Assembly: GCA_039621445.1 (NCBI GenBank)
Contig: CP154954.1
Location: 4,578,714 to 4,642,713 of the forward strand
DNA length: 64,000 bases
Source of the DNA: Euglena gracilis
Lineage: Eukaryota
Direction: 5' to 3'
Part shown: positions 63,170 through 64,000 of the stretch, one piece after another
How positions within the stretch are numbered: position 1 is the stretch's first letter
Layout: each line of letters begins with the position of its first letter
Notes under the pieces: generated by a model
The model's database searches: none
Seen by the model: the letters and a program-made list of their open reading frames with translations, nothing else
Told to the model about the DNA's origin: nothing
Made by a program: the position numbers and the translations under genes

Positions 63170-64000
63170 CCTTCCCCCGGGGAACCGATTATACCCTGTT
63201 GTCCGCGCACTCATTGAGCATATATATCACCGCACATCCCCATTCCTCAACACTACCCGCCTTAACGCCCTTTTTAACTCCCTGTTTGATCTGACATCTT
63301 TCGATTGGAAAACAATCCTCTCCCTGGGTCCCAGCTCCAGCACCCACGCTCAGCTTTCACAACCCGTACCAGCCCGCCTTGCGGCAGCTGGACTTGGCCA
63401 GCGCGGCTGCCTCCCTATCCCGGACCATATCTGGCAACACTTTATCTCCCCATCTCACGAAGCTTCCTTACGTCAATTCACTCTCCCCACCGAGCCACGT
63501 CTACACCAGCACACTAAGGTTATGATCTCCGCCCTGGCCCGCGACAAATTTTTGCACCCATGCGAAGGCCACGCAACTCTCACCGCCTTCCTCCGGCCCA
63601 AAAACGACAGTAAATGTGCTTTCATCGCTGACTTACGACAACTCAATGACCTGTCCCCTACACCCCTGCCCACCTTTCGGCTCCCTTCACTGGAGCTCCT
63701 GACCAACTACGTCCGCTCCGCAACCCCGGGGACACTATGGGCCGTTTCCTTTGACCTATCCAATTTCTTTTGGTCTCTCCGCCTACCCCCTTCTTGGCAC
63801 AATGTTTTCCGAATTCATAACATGGCATTTGACTCTCTACCTTTCGGCTGGAACATGTCCCCTATTCTCGCCCAAGAAACCCTAACATACTTTCTCCAGT
63901 TGTTCTTGAAGTCTTACTCACCGGAACCCCCCCTACAACATTTCATTTACTTGGACGACATCCTCCTCCTGAGTAATGACCCCGCCGGCCTGCAGCGCAT
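63045..64000 (+). CDS. Reverse transcriptase (DIRS/YR type), 3'-truncated by the window; absent from the supplied ORF track
   Basis: Frame open from 63045 to the end: FLRPKNDSKCAFIADLRQLN, FRLPSL, SFDLSNFFWSL, LPFGWNMSP, FIYLDDILL (YLDD at 63948-63959). Overlaps the YR ORF in another frame. Confidence 0.92.

Larger units (their letters stand above)
59077..64000 (+). mobile_element. Tyrosine-recombinase retrotransposon (DIRS order; YR before RT as in VIPER/TATE) with a 2A-flanked adenine methyltransferase; continues past the window end
   Basis: Same-strand series of MTase motifs (DCFA, NPPW), a CCHC-like knuckle, YR catalytic residues and an RT with YLDD. Element termini were not identified. 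Confidence 0.9.

Overview
Repeat-dominated eukaryotic genomic window, probably from a protist. A euglenid is my tentative guess from the splice signals, the transposon families and a spliced-leader-like motif. About 3-31.5 kb holds a many-exon minus-strand gene of unknown function whose introns are packed with MITEs and microsatellites. About 33-55 kb is nested DNA-transposon debris: hAT relics (one with an internal inversion), a GGAGG-ended/3-bp-TSD family, a P-like MITE and a 78-bp satellite inside a foldback structure. The last 8.5 kb holds two retroelements. The first is a CRE-clade non-LTR element (RT + CCHC + restriction-like endonuclease, internally deleted) with two T2A-like motifs and a spliced-leader-like 5' junction. 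The second is a tyrosine-recombinase (YR) retrotransposon arranged as long Pro-rich ORF - 2A - DNA N6-adenine methyltransferase - 2A - zinc-knuckle gag - YR - RT, running off the window edge. That methyltransferase, bracketed by two intact 2A ribosome-skip motifs, is the best candidate for an undescribed system. All family calls come from recognising motifs by eye; no searches were run.
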